Shown: piece by piece, positions 50,701-64,000 of the stretch | How the letters are laid out: each line of letters opens with the position of its first letter | How positions within the stretch are numbered: position 1 is the first letter of the stretch | The notes under the pieces: generated by a model | Seen by the model: the letters and a program-made list of their open reading frames with translations, nothing else | Told to the model about the DNA's origin: nothing | The model's database searches: none | Translations under genes and position numbers: made by a program | DNA from: Antedon mediterranea | Taxonomy: Eukaryota > Animalia > Echinodermata | Length of the DNA: 64,000 nucleotides | Assembly: GCF_964355755.1 (NCBI RefSeq) | Contig: NC_092672.1 | Location: 37,392,437 to 37,456,436 of the forward strand | Reading direction: 5' to 3'

Positions 50701-53700
50701 GTTTAGAAAACGTTATTTTGCAATCAATCGTTTTTTTAAAAAGATGATTTAAAACTAATTAGGCCTATGCTCGTGCATTGTTACTTTCTGCCTTTTAACC
50801 AGATATGGGAAAATGCAATGCGCCCGGGGATGGGTGCGTCGTATGACCCAGGCCCATTGATGAGGTCAAGTCGCTGTGTTACAATTAACAGAAGGGTGAT
50901 CTCTTCGCTTGACTTTAAGCCCAATGTCTCTGTTGAAGATTAATAACTAATCCCATCTGCATCCACTTGATCGTAGGGGATTATAATGCCACTTCTGAAG
51001 GAGCTTATTGTATTTTTGTTCCGAGGTTTGATTTGATAAATTTCCGGTGGATGAAATTTGGTGAATTACGGAGTTAGTCAAACACATAGTATAAAGCTGC
51101 ATTCACACGGAACAACGAAATAAGGTGCCGTTTTTACTAACGTTGACTTTATGGAATATCATAAGAATTGAACGGCGCCGTGAGAATGCAGCTTTAATCT
51201 GTAATTAATGTAAACAATTACAATAATAATTGTATACTACTGTATCCTACCTACTGACTGTATACGCCAGAAACATAGTAAAATTAAAATATTACCAATT
51301 GGTACGTCCAGACAACGCGTCTACGAATATTGAAATAATTTACTTCACACCTCAAAATCATAACATTGTTGTCGACGGTACGGTGCAATTATACTATGGA
51401 AATTATTCGAATGTATGATTGTTAATGCACGTATAAAGTTTAATAGTTTTAATACATAAATAATAATTGTATACGATGAGAGAGTGCCGTTATGTACACT
51501 GCGGCCGTGACCCATCCGTGGGTTACCGGGCCCCTAGGACATTATTGCCGTCGGTTCTTTTAGTCTGGAATCAGGAAGGTTACGGGACATCATGATCGAA
51601 ATATTATTTTATTTCGTTAACAGACATAAATCAATTATAAAAACAGAAGGTATTGTTTTTTGGATCAGTGTGTTATTTGGCTGTTTTGGAGCAACATCAC
51701 ATGATCATGGACACATTGTGGTGTATAGTTTGATCCGAACGAACAAAACCGCTGCAGGGGAAATTTATAACAGTAATGTCTGCTCCTCACCCGCGCAGGC
51801 AAAATACGCATTCATTTCTTATACTAAAAATAAATGTTCCGATCTCTTGAGGAGATACGTATTTATCACGAATCAAGCCAGACATACCACACTTAGCAAA
51901 AACATGATAGACTGACGGTTCTGACAGAATATGATATTTAAAACTTAAGATTTGGTATTTAAGGTTAAGCCTAAAGTACGACCAATGGCAAAAGAAGACA
52001 CTACCTACGAGCAAAACTAATTCTTCACCGCCTGCCTCCTTGTCGGGCCGCCGCAACACACACACATTGAAATTCCACTGACTCAAGTTACGATTTGACA
52101 GTACATAATTAGTATTATTGTCTGTTAGTATGGAACGCCTAAAGGCTATGTAGCCCTTTTGGCGTTCCATAAGACGCGTGTTATTCATCAACATTGTCAA
52201 AGATGATATCAATATGTTGATAAATAATAAATTGAAACATTCGGGTGGTCGCTTGATGGTATAATAGAATACTGTGCGTTATATAAATGCCTACCAGCCC
52301 ATAACAAACTGATGCCGCAAACGTGATCACCGATTACATGTTATTCCAGAGGGCGAGACTTTTACGAGTGTGATGTTTATTATTGATGTTTTACTTGCAT
52401 GCACGTGAAGTTTGTAGAGTTCTTTCAAAATGTACTAACACTATTCATAAAGTATTATATCGAAATATTCTATGGACATATAATGTGTATAGGTCCATGT
52501 TCTAAAGCTTTATCTACCTATCAATTGAATTGAATTGAAATTTATATTTTTTTTTTTTATATAATTGAGTTTGACAAAAAAGTGTGATGTGCCCAAACAT
52601 GGTAGTGATATGCCCAAATATGCAGGTAGTGCCCATATGATGTGCCCATATATGGACATTTTGTCACAATTGACAAATAGTTGACGAATTGATGGATTCT
52701 TGTAATGCAAGTTCTTATTGTTCTGATTGTCATGATGAATAAAGAATAGTTGGCGCGTGATCGACCTTGAAGAATTATTTCAAAGTCATAATATCATTGA
52801 AAGGGGAAGAAAAAGCAAGATTGGCAATTTGTACTCATTACAAGCATGATCTACGAAATGTTATCTCTCATACAAGATCACTCTAGTAGATTTATGTTGA
52901 TCTTTAATCATCTTACAACGAACATTAAATCATCTACTAGGATTCCAGTTGATGAATGTTCCGAGTTATGTATCACAAAAATAAAGTGGAGAATTAGGGA
53001 AAAAGTATTTCGAAACGGAAGTTCATGTTGATAATTACAGCAAACTGATTTGAGCGTCGTCAGAGGGTTCATGTAGCAGTTAGATGATTGGTGAAAGTAG
53101 CCTATTTATAGGAGAGAGAACGTTTTGAGAAAACGTAGTTTGGGATATTAAAGGGCCTTGCTTAAACAGTTCAGTATGATACAACAACTTGTAAATGAAT
53201 TGCGTTATTGTTCTTACATTCCGACACAATTTGTTTCACACGCATAACCTCTAGTTTTACATGTACGATTTACGCGCATGGCTAACTGATATGTACAGGT
53301 ATACGACGCTTCCGTCCCCAGACATTTGTATGATGACGTCACGAGATGGTAGCAATGAACTTGAATGAAGTAAGCTATTGTGTGATTGTAAAAGAAAGGA
53401 ATAGGTCACAAACACATTAAGTGTTGACGATTTAAAAATGTACAGTCGTATGGACATAAGTTGTATTTCAAGCTATGCGTATGCGCAACACAAGTTAAAT
53501 AAAGCTCTGTCTACACTATCAAACTTTATGTTTTTGTCTAACTAGTTTCAATTTTGATAGTGTAGACAGAGCTTAATAACAAGCGATAGTCCTGTGATGG
53601 TTTGTTGCGCGTACAACGCGGTACGCGTCGAACCTGCGTTGCATCTTAGTGGGAATCAAGCTTTAATGTTTTACATTGAATGCAAATACTTTTACATTCG

Positions 53701-55353
53701 TTGCCTTGCAAATCAATACTATACAGTACCTCGTTTCCACTGGGAATGTCTTTAGGTGCATGGTGAGTCACAAGTCACGTGACGCATGGATCACTCACAG
53801 AGTTGTAATATTCTCATTAATTTGTAACTACATGGATCACTTATAAAGTATAACAAGGTTGACTTGTCTCCATTTCGTTGTAAAAAGTAATACCACAAAA
53901 GACAGTGCGAAGTTTACTGTACGTTCACGAAGGAACGATGATGCAAGGTGCTCAGTAGCGAAAATATTTCAGTAAAAAGTACGTGAATTAGCCAAAAAAA
54001 ATTAAATAAACATGCTATACGAATTGAATTTAATGTTCTCACGTGACGTCACCTGGGTTGTAATCAAAATCTTATCCATTTAATTGACCAATCAGACGTT
54101 TGAATCATGGAGACTTAATTCGTGAGAGTACAGAGCAGCATCGATAATTGTAAGCCTTCTCATTTAAAGTAATATACAGTACGGCTAAATTGAAATAATT
54201 AAATTAGTATCTATAATACGCAAACCACTTAAGTAACAATTAATGTAAAAAGCACCTTTAACATGTTGTAAGTGTAGCGTATTAGATTACGTACATTACT
54301 AAAGATTTATTCAACAAATCTGAAATGCATGAGTTAAAGATCAAATGATTTATGAGCGATACAACTCATTCACATGACATTGTGTATTAACTTTAATTGA
54401 TTAGTTGTTGCATTTGCTGCGGTGTAATTAGAACATGTTTAAAACATGTGGGTTCCTGGTAACGGGTAATGGATTATATCCGAAATGAAATACATTTAAA
54501 CGATTTCTGCAAACATTAAATCAGAGGCCCGGAAAAGTATTGCGTGCACAGATGACAGCAGAACATGCAGCGCAGATCATTCGAAATGTCGCTTGTTTTG
54601 TTGTTGCGCTTTTGGGTGTGTATGCAAAACATGCCAAATATAGACCTAAAAACGAGAACGCTTACGGTTCACGTAATATAGGGGTAACCTTCATTTCCGA
54701 GACAAGCCGGAGGAAACAAAAAGACCTTGGGTACATGACTTAATGGGATTAGGTCCATCAATCAACAACAGTGTCGGAAACCTGTCAACACCACGTAATG
54801 TAGTCCTCAAAATGTCTGGTAATGTAATATTAATGTAAAAATACGAACAATTTATGGCTGAGAATTCGAATAATGTACTGTTTGTCCCATAATAATGTCA
54901 CAACATGCGCCATAATGTCACAACTTGAAGAGAAGAGAAACAAACATGATGATGGAAACACGGTGATGGTAGGAATATAAGGGGAAGGGTCACATGGGCC
55001 CGCGTTAAAGGTTTACTCGTGTTAAGCCTGGTTCCCATTAGGACGCCACGCAAGGAATTACAAGTACAACGCAAGCGCGCGAGTTGACCAATGATAAGCG
55101 ACAGTTCAGATAATCTATCGCTTCCGATTGGTCAAATTACTTGCGTTCGGCTTAAGCGTCCTAACCAAGCTAGAAGAAGTGCGCGCTCTGATATATTTGG
55201 AAAATCACGTCATTTTCTTCTTCTTTGATTGTTCTTACCGTAATCTGAATTCGTATTGCTAGCGTTGGCTGGCGATCCCTCGGGCGGCGGACAGGTTCCC
55301 GTCTCGGCGGACGAGCTGCATTCCAATGGTGCACTGACCGCAAACTTCAGCAT
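44719..55353 (-). CDS. Uncharacterised ~484-aa mostly disordered protein with C-terminal SH3 domain
   Basis: Exons 55239-55353 (ATG..G|gtaag), 45336-46376 (1041 nt, phase 1-1) and 44719-45017 join in frame (1455 nt). SH3 signature VLYPHKALSSGELSVQTGEVVYV...WVIAY...GECGFIPKVNL. The first coding exon is less certain than the other two. Confidence 0.75.
49629..49721. repeat. Perfect 46-bp tandem duplication
   Basis: TTGTATAGCAGGTGTAAGTAGCTGAGCTCTGTTTCCATGGTTAGGT twice, separated by 1 bp. Confidence 0.9.
51093..51195. mobile_element. MITE family D (Harbinger-like, ~100 bp)
   Basis: TIR AAAGCTGCATTC(A/T)CACGG at both ends. Confidence 0.7.
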
Positions 55354-58300
55354 TGTTCATCGAAGAGCCTAGCATTTAACACTGTAAAGAAATCAATTAA
55401 AACATTGAAATTAAAACTCTGATTGCGTGCAGAACAGGTAAACAAAAGTTAAATGAACAAAAAAAAGAAGTTTTTCAACCTGATTGTGTTGTTTTTGTAA
55501 CCTGGCAACGCATTTTCCAAATATAGAGCTAATCAAATGTTATTCCATGTATTTAGCCCTATAATAGTTTTATGTATATAATTTATACCAACCAAAGTGT
55601 GACTAATATAATTTGCCTTGGTACAAACTAATATCAGGGAGAAAATAAAAGCGATTTAGCGATGACCGGATGTTCAATAATTTTATATTTATTTTTTATT
55701 TTAACAACATCTTTATACAGGATTATCAGGTAAAAGAAAACCTGTTTTGCACAATTGTCCTGTCTTAACAAAAAACAAGCATTAGTAGGCCTATAAAATC
55801 TGTGTCGGTTCTTGTAAAGTAAAAGAATAATAATATAGTAATATAATAAGCCTTTGTACATTCCAACAATTATCGAATAGGACTATGGTACTAATACTAG
55901 CGGATTAGAAAAGAATTCTGTCCGAGTATGAGGCGCTTGACCGTTCATACATTGCCCCTCTCAACCTTCAACACAGTTGGGTATAAAACCCTGATTATCG
56001 GTAAACAAGAAGATAGAAAGGACAAATTGAGACAATAGTTTAAAAGGAAAGCTATTGATCTGAACACAATGCGACAGCAATCAATCGATGATAAGGAAAA
56101 GTTGTTGCAAGAAATCTTAAGAATCTTCAGACATTAATTGTCACGCTTCGAAAATTCTAGGACACTTTTTTCTACAAAATTTAGGATCTAGAGGACATTT
56201 AATTTCAGGCTCAAATCCAGTAAATGGGATCTTCTAAAAAAGGGGTAATATGCTTACTATTGAGTGTTACAAATGCGTTATAACAATATGCTTAATTAAG
56301 CAAAAAACAACACAAATATTTATAAAACGTTCAGTGAAATAATAAGCTGTAAAATGCGCCAAAGGAAGCGATGGGTCGTATAGAATGCGTGTCACTTTGA
56401 CAGGGAGACAGCTTGCCAGCACAAAAAAAAACAACAGGGATTGTAAATAGTTGAAAGACATACAGTATTGAGAACAGAGAGCTCCTAATACCTTTGGCCA
56501 CTGTGGCCTTATTCACTGATATTTCCCTTAATTAAAATATTATCTAAGGATTTCCATTAAAAGTAGAACCGTCTCTCAGATAGAAACATTCTAAATTTTA
56601 AGGGACGTATTTTTCTTCCCTATGTAAAAGGTGAACGGCTCCTGGTAGGTAGCGTACTATACAGTCATTATGGCGAAATTCATAATAGGCCTACTATGTT
56701 GAAAGAGTTGTGAACATAAAACGTAAAATATCGTAAAATGGCGTATTAAATCCGTTATGTTCAAATCGTTCGAAATCTGTCAATTAAAGTACTGTAAATT
56801 CAACTTTATTTAACCACGGAGGCCAAATACAAATACAATTTCAACAATGCTGTTAAAATATCGTGTACAGTATTATTATATAAATATACATTAATTTAAA
56901 GTTTTAATAAAGTAAAATAATGTTTAAATGATTTTAGGGTCGTAGACGAGTGAATGGTTATGCTTTGTTGTGACATCCGTATATCCAACATGAGGGTAAC
57001 ATGATAAAATTTCACTTTCTGAATCCAAATTACCGGTATAGGTCAAACAAACAGATGACAATGCATTTCAACCAACAGGTGCCAACAGATATACAATTCA
57101 TTGTGAAAGCAATAGCGCACAATGTTGACTGTATCTGTTAACGTCAAGTGAGATTGACAATAAAGTTTATTCTATTGCAAAGTAAATGACACTTCCCATC
57201 AATAAATCGCCTATTAAAGGGTTTCCGTTTGTTTGCTTTTTGATGGCAGGGCGCTTCAATGCCGTATAAAAGTCAATGGGTTAATCTACAATATAGTACT
57301 CTATTCTGTTTACAGTTAACCACGAATGATTTTTGAAGACATTACCGACATTTGGTAAAATAGATCCACAACTATCCCGTTAAGATCGTCGGAAAACCGA
57401 TGTTGTTGACTCATTTTAAACAGAATTGCAATGTAAAAGGAAACGAGTTGACATTGTGAATGAACTTCAATAATACTGTAGGCCTATAACAATATTTCAA
57501 TAGATAGATTCAATAGGAATCGAGATGTTCCTTTTGAATTTTTGAATTTATAACTTTACTTCTTGCTCAAGGTGAGAAATAATATTTCTCAATATCTTGG
57601 AAGAATACAAAATGAAACAAATTGTAAATATTTTAATTTATAACTTCGTGCTAATTTTGACTCAAATATATTTCTCAAAATCTTAGAAGAATGCATAGGA
57701 AACGAATTGACCTTGAATTGACCTTGTGTAAATTTTAGAATTTATAACTTCTTGGTACCGAAAACACACCTAAAAAATGATGTGTATTTGGTGGTTAGCC
57801 CACCATGAAAAGCACCGGACAACTTCATACGTCCACAGCTGTTTCTCATTCAACAACAAAATGAAACCAAAATCTTCAAATTTGCTAAAATATGAGTCTG
57901 TACTCTAAAACAAGGTCATTACCAATACTGAAGAAGTACAGGTAACCTCGCCTGAGGGCGTCTTCAGAGATACAATTTCTCGATTTGCATGATTATGAAA
58001 AAGTACGAATTTACGAAATTAGAAATTCGAAACTTAATATTTAATACTTTAAGTTAAGTTCATTAGTTGGCTACTTAAGCATGGATGTGTGGAAGCAATT
58101 AAACAGTGCAAGAGGAGACGTATTTCTACCTAACCTTGATACTCTAATGAGTTTTACTAATGATAATGATGGGCCTAGGTACTTGAGAACAATTAAACAG
58201 TAACCTTGATCTTGGTACGATTAAATCCCTGATGAGCATGGTCTGTAGACTGGGGTACTGCAGTAACTGCAGTAACTAGAGCAGTTAATGAGAAGACATC

Positions 58301-61300
58301 GTCCATTAACTGGGGCCGGTGATTCATCAATGGATTGGCCAAACCAATGATTAACAATTCTCTTCTTCTTCGTCAACAAAATAAACAATATCAAAATGGC
58401 CGTCATACTGAAATTGCTAAGAGAATACCTACAGGGTAAAAAATACTGAAATTTTAGAAACACAATTGAAAAATAGAAATGGGTTTTTCTCTCAATGATT
58501 AAATAGAATTGCTTAAAGGCTTATATAAACTACATGGAAATATCCTTTGTTTATTTAAATGCCCATCAACAAAATATGATCTACTTGTTGACATTGTACA
58601 TGACTGTGTACGTCGTAAAGTACACAATATACTGAAAGGAAGAAATATTAATGATCTCATCATGATACCGTATGGTATCATGATGTTTTAATCAATAACT
58701 AATCGTTGTGATATTGAATTGATTCGATAGATATGCCGACATCAATGCTATAATTGAATTTATTCTCTTTTTCAAACCGTATATCCCCAAAGATAAGATG
58801 TACTTTCAAGTGTTACTTAATACCCAGCTTTAAAATCGCAACTCGCCGCGTCGGCATATTCACACGACGAACGGAAAACCCTCACGCAAAAAATATCGAC
58901 CGCGCTACACCAGACAACACTCACATTATCATTTCGCACTTATTTTGTTATGGACAATTTGAATGATGAGTAGAATGACATATCTACAATTCATCGCTAT
59001 AACATTTTGATTATCATTCATCATCTTAGTCATAAACAGTGACGCCGCCGCGATGGGAATGGCTTGTCAAGCGGAAATTAGGAGGCACAACAAAGTGTTG
59101 CCTGACTAGAGGTTATGCACTATTTGAAATCATTAGTGTTATATTGCATGAATCTGTATTTTTTATTGATCTTATTCTGAATGTGAATGCTTTAGAATAA
59201 AGAGTGGTTGTCATTGGTCAGATGATTGTCGTTTCAATACGTTCTGATTCTGTCCTCGGTGGCTCATCATGAAACATTCAGAATGTTCACTGGATGGAGT
59301 ATTGACATGCATGAACTGTATCGGTATACATCCGTGTTTTACCTGCTTTAATATATTGAAATCTTAAACCTAAATGTTTTAAAAAATGACGTACATGCCA
59401 AAGATTCCTTATAATATCTTAAGTGTCTCGAACAATTAACACTATTTGAAAAAGGCATGAAAATAATCATGATTTACGCTTAAAATAATCAAACGGAATT
59501 AAGCAGCTTGGCAACATGTATATTAATAAATTAAAAGCTTAGAATCTAATAGAAGCAAAATATTCAAAGCACACATCTAGTGAAACTAGGTCGATTTAGG
59601 CCCAATAATACTAAACATACTGTAGGTAAATGCAATTGAGAAGAGCCCTGCCTCTGGCTTTGGTCACCCACACGTCCAGGGTGATCAACAAACGAGGTCG
59701 ATTTTTCTGCAGTTAAACTGGTAGATCCAAGTCTTCCTATTTCATATATTAAATATACAAATTGTGTACGGTGACCCGACAGTGTAACGCGACATTTTGA
59801 AAGAAGTCGGTGTCATTCTCAAGCCACTGTAAGTTTGGTCACGCCTGATTGATTACCAATCGAAAATACTTTACTTTAATTGGTGGAAATTAAGGCAATA
59901 CCATGAAGAAATTATCTATTTTTATGTTTTATTTATAGAACTGAGTATGTGCCGTATAGCGTAGTAATTGGTCAGAATTAATCTCACATTCTGAAAATAT
60001 CACAAACAGATCATTATAAAAAGAATTCATTTGACTGCTGTTAACAATAATTAGCTATTGACTCTTGCTGACTCTCGTCTGTGGACAGGATTAAAGGATG
60101 ACAAAGAAAGGTCACGTGATCCTACGCATAATTACGCGATTCTATCTTCATTTTTTCCTTTAGTATCAGCGACTAATCGGTTGTCTACTCGAAGCACGCC
60201 CTCTTTCATTTTAAATACAATTATGCAAATTAGTACGGTGACCCTACATCTATTTGTCAATATTTGCATAAAATATTGAAGATCTCATTAGGTTTTACTT
60301 TCTCACTATTCTAAATATATCTTCGGATGATATTTCCCTTCGTTACAGAAATGACACCTGTTAATTTGGAAATTACTTTATTTTGTAAGAAGATTGTATA
60401 AAGAAGAGAACTATGCACTACTAACAACGTATTGCTAATATAATATTGACAAATATATCAAACTAATAAATTAGGCTAGACAAGTATCTAGGTTGGTTTG
60501 AACGGAGAACTGCTGAAATGCAATATCATAAGAGATCACGTATTATAGTGCGATAGATCAGTAACTAAACAGAAGTGTTCTACGAGCAATTAAACCAAAG
60601 GCGAAAGTGTGCACCACACACCACGTCGATTTCAACAGCTAGTCTAAAATGCGTCTGGGGCAGACATTTTAGCACACAATTTATACAAACATGCATCTTC
60701 ATCAAATGTAAGTTTCATTTAGTTTCACGTGACAGAACAGTTTGAAACATCATTCTAAAGCTTTTAGTATTAGTAAACAATTAACTCTTACGTTTAATAA
60801 TTGTCTGTAGAAACGTTCCAATAGCCAAGTAGCCGTAGGATAAATGACCAATCCATCAAAATGCCAAAAGAAATCATCCATAGATTTGCTGCCAAAGAAT
60901 GACCTGCTTGTGAAAAGACCTGCTAACAAGTAATCAATTACCAACCATAATAAAAGGGAAATCAATTTTACGGGAAGGAGATATCAAAATAAAAAACTCA
61001 CATTTAACACAAATTTTAAAAAGAAAAGAGTGTTAGTTGTGACATTAGTGAAATAATTTTCAACCAATCGTTTTTTGGCAAGAGTTGCAATTGTGACAAA
61101 GATGTGTCGAAGCTTGCAGAAGATTAGGATCAGCAGAGAATCATTTCAGTTCAAAGTGATAGTTTTTCAAATGATCGATTCAAAAGGAAGTGTACATCAC
61201 CCTTTCAGACGAGTATAATATACACAATGGCCTTTTATTAAAGATCTCCTGACATGTGACCAAAACCCTCCTATCGGTTACAAGTAATCACGGTATACAT

Positions 61301-62598
61301 TTCTGATAATAAGATGTTAGATTATGCATAAAAGTGGAAACGCAAAAGGAAAGAACGGGTTGATTGGACTACTGTGGGGTATCCCAGCTATTATATTCAT
61401 TTTTTGAAATTTGTATTATCACAGGACGATTTAGAGCTTTCCTATGCTATGTAGGCCTAAATGTTTATAGACCTATAATGTTTTTAAAAAATCTTTTGAA
61501 AAAAGATAAGAAAGTTAAAGCAAAAAATAGTTCTGGAGACACCGCAACTAAAGCAATACAGATCCTTCGAGCTCCTGTTTCTAAAAATATATTTAAAATA
61601 CTTCCTGATTATGACAGAATTAAAAACATCAACATAACGGAAATGGGTATTAAATAAAATAAAGATAAATCTTTAGTGCTACTTAGCGACGACGAGGATG
61701 AGGAGGATAGACAGTGATGGAGAGTGCACGCATCATTGCCATTAATCCGCCACTCAGACGTGTCGCCACGCAACGGGGTACCTGACGACCGAGTGGGGAT
61801 TCGGCGCGATCTAACTGCGTTAAACACGTTAACACTACGTGCACTTAAAAATGTCTATTGAACTTATAATTACTTAGGGGTCTTTCATCACTTTGATACA
61901 ATGAATATTTCAGACAATTTATAATTTAGATGAAAAACGTTAGACAGCAACTGTTACGGTATTATTAAGAAAATGACAATTCCAAATTACAATGTATAGT
62001 ATTAGGCTTATACACCCAAACTAAAATAATCAAATTGTCAGTAATTTTCAGTTTTATTTAACACACAAAAAAGTATACGGAATTGATTAAATAGCAAATA
62101 ATGTTTATTAATAATAAAAACTCTCCATTAATAGAGCTCTACCTGATTTCAGTTGATTTAAGCTTTTCCTCAAGTTATATCCAACACACTTTGGTACCTA
62201 GGCTAATTCTCTACTTCTAATAATAATCCATATAATACATAATAATTAGTATAAACACAAAACAACTGAGGCCTATCGAAATTGCAGTATAAAACTAGTA
62301 CGCGTACGATGTCACCACCACAAATCATACAGCAGTTTTTTATCGTGGACCTATAATGTTACATAAGAAACATGAGCACAAATATACGGACATATTGTCA
62401 TTATTAATTACCATCACACAATCTAAAAACAAAGTGAACTGCTCTACATATGTCGTATAGTAAAGAATCTTAAATGAAACAAAATAGACCCATGTATGCA
62501 AATTAATTATTCTAACATCTTTATGACGTAAGAGGCTTTATCACACATCATAAACTTTGTATCGTAAAATCCTAACCATGCTCTGAGAATGTACTTAC

Positions 62599-62990
62599 CG
62601 CTGCAATGTTACATTTGAAGCGTTGAATATAAAACAGGGGTCAGCTGGGTGCAAAATAATAATAATCCCACGCAAGAACGTTGATGTAATGTTTTACGTC
62701 ACAGGTACAAATCTAGTCATAAAACACAGACGATTAACGAGTCCCTGCGTTGTTATTCACTCTATTTTCAAACAACTCAATTGTACGCAAAGTATCAGGT
62801 AAATTAAAAATAACAGCGGCTTCCCTTTATACAATTACGAACAGCATCAATAATGATATTGACTTATCGCACCTACAATTCCAAAATGAACTTAACGGTG
62901 TTGTGGAAGTTATTCGATGCAGCACAATGCACATTCATATTCGCTCAGTCTCGCGGCTTGTTGCTTTCTGAACGTCTGTTTTTTCACTGC
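62599..62990 (-). other. Possible non-coding first exon of the SH3 gene
   Basis: Strong donor GCG|gtaagt at 62599/62598 in a CpG-containing stretch; the exon at 55239-55381 has an acceptor and so needs an upstream exon. The 5' boundary is a guess. Confidence 0.3.
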
Positions 62991-64000
62991 AGCCTATTGA
63001 GTACCGTTCCGCTTGAATAAACAGATTCATTCCATTTAGCTCCGCCTATACGCGTGTTCTTTTAGTGGATTAAGTATAACTCATTAAACAAATTTGTTAA
63101 GTTCTTAACTAAACTTTAAGTACAGAGCAGGTGAAAAGAATATTGAATAGAATTATTTTAATAAAAACCGTTAGGATCTTCAAGAGAAACTATAATTGTT
63201 AAAGGATTTCAAATTACTAAACTGAGTCAATAATCCTATCATACACGCTTCGTGAATAATTCGTAACATAATGTTAAATGGTCGGTTTAGTCAAGATGAT
63301 AAAAAAAAAGAGGAAATTTGCAAGAAATCATTTCAGTTCAGTTAATCCACGGCGATCTAACAACAGAACACTGAACTTGCCTTGCCAAGATAGGAACTTG
63401 TATTGTAATAGTCCTTTGATCTTATGTCTGGCTGCGACAAACACCAAAATACATGTTTCCATGGTATGTAGGTCTACATCTCCGACCGAGGCGATCGGTG
63501 TCTGTTAAGGGGTGTGGAACTGCCGTGTCGCATCCACAGATAAACCCTACCATATTTTGGCATATCATTACCATATTTGGGCACATCGCACTTTTTTTTG
63601 TCAAACTAGTTTAATATTGTTACAAAATAAGAAGCAATAGAAAGATGATGCAACTTATTTTTAAAACAGGTGATGTGTAATTAAAAAATTATTGCCAAGA
63701 ATTTATTTTCACCTAATGCATTTTCTAGCGCATGGTTTACGATAACTAGACTAACACTTGACAACTATTGATACGAATAGTTTAAATAGCACACGTGGGA
63801 TACATTTAAAACATTTTATTTTGCATTAGGCTATGTAAAATTTGTGTGAACATGAGACTCTTCGTGTATGTAGGCTGCGTTCAGACCAGAAATTGATGAT
63901 CAACATGTAGGCCTGCTCTACATCTGAATTTGTGTTTCCGATTATACCAAGACAATAAATTCATCCGCGCGATACAAGGCTTAAAGCTGGTGAACCTGTT

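Noticed and set aside
61609-61827. GC-rich 72-aa ORF
   Set aside because: No recognisable domain or convincing splice sites; may be regulatory or repeat-derived but cannot be supported.

Overview
AT-rich, intron-containing animal genomic DNA (invertebrate-like; an echinoderm or other deuterostome is my guess, not provable from the sequence). Four spliced genes reconstructed by hand from GT-AG exons: (1) PI4KA on the minus strand, 35 exons from ATG 23253 down to the DRHNGN catalytic exon at 182-302, continuing off the left edge; (2) ASPDH on the plus strand (23441-26107), head-to-head with PI4KA only 187 bp away; (3) a SWAP70/DEF6-family EF-hand/PH/coiled-coil gene on the minus strand (40616 to ~26982); (4) an unrecognised ~484-aa disordered adaptor with a C-terminal SH3 domain on the minus strand (55353-44719). 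Introns carry a palindromic Penelope-like element with hammerhead ribozyme motifs, three truncated LINEs, SINEs, about 25 copies of one Harbinger-type MITE, several other MITEs and five minisatellites. Most notable: the 718-bp perfect Penelope hairpin with a ribozyme in the PI4KA sense strand; an 81-nt PI4KA cassette exon with two RRxS sites whose upstream donor has a 44-nt antisense copy in a nearby intron; four consecutive 138-nt phase-0 exons (A-B-A-B) in the SWAP70-like gene; and an 18-bp satellite made of Runx and MRE core sites. All coordinates and counts are by eye; no searches were run.
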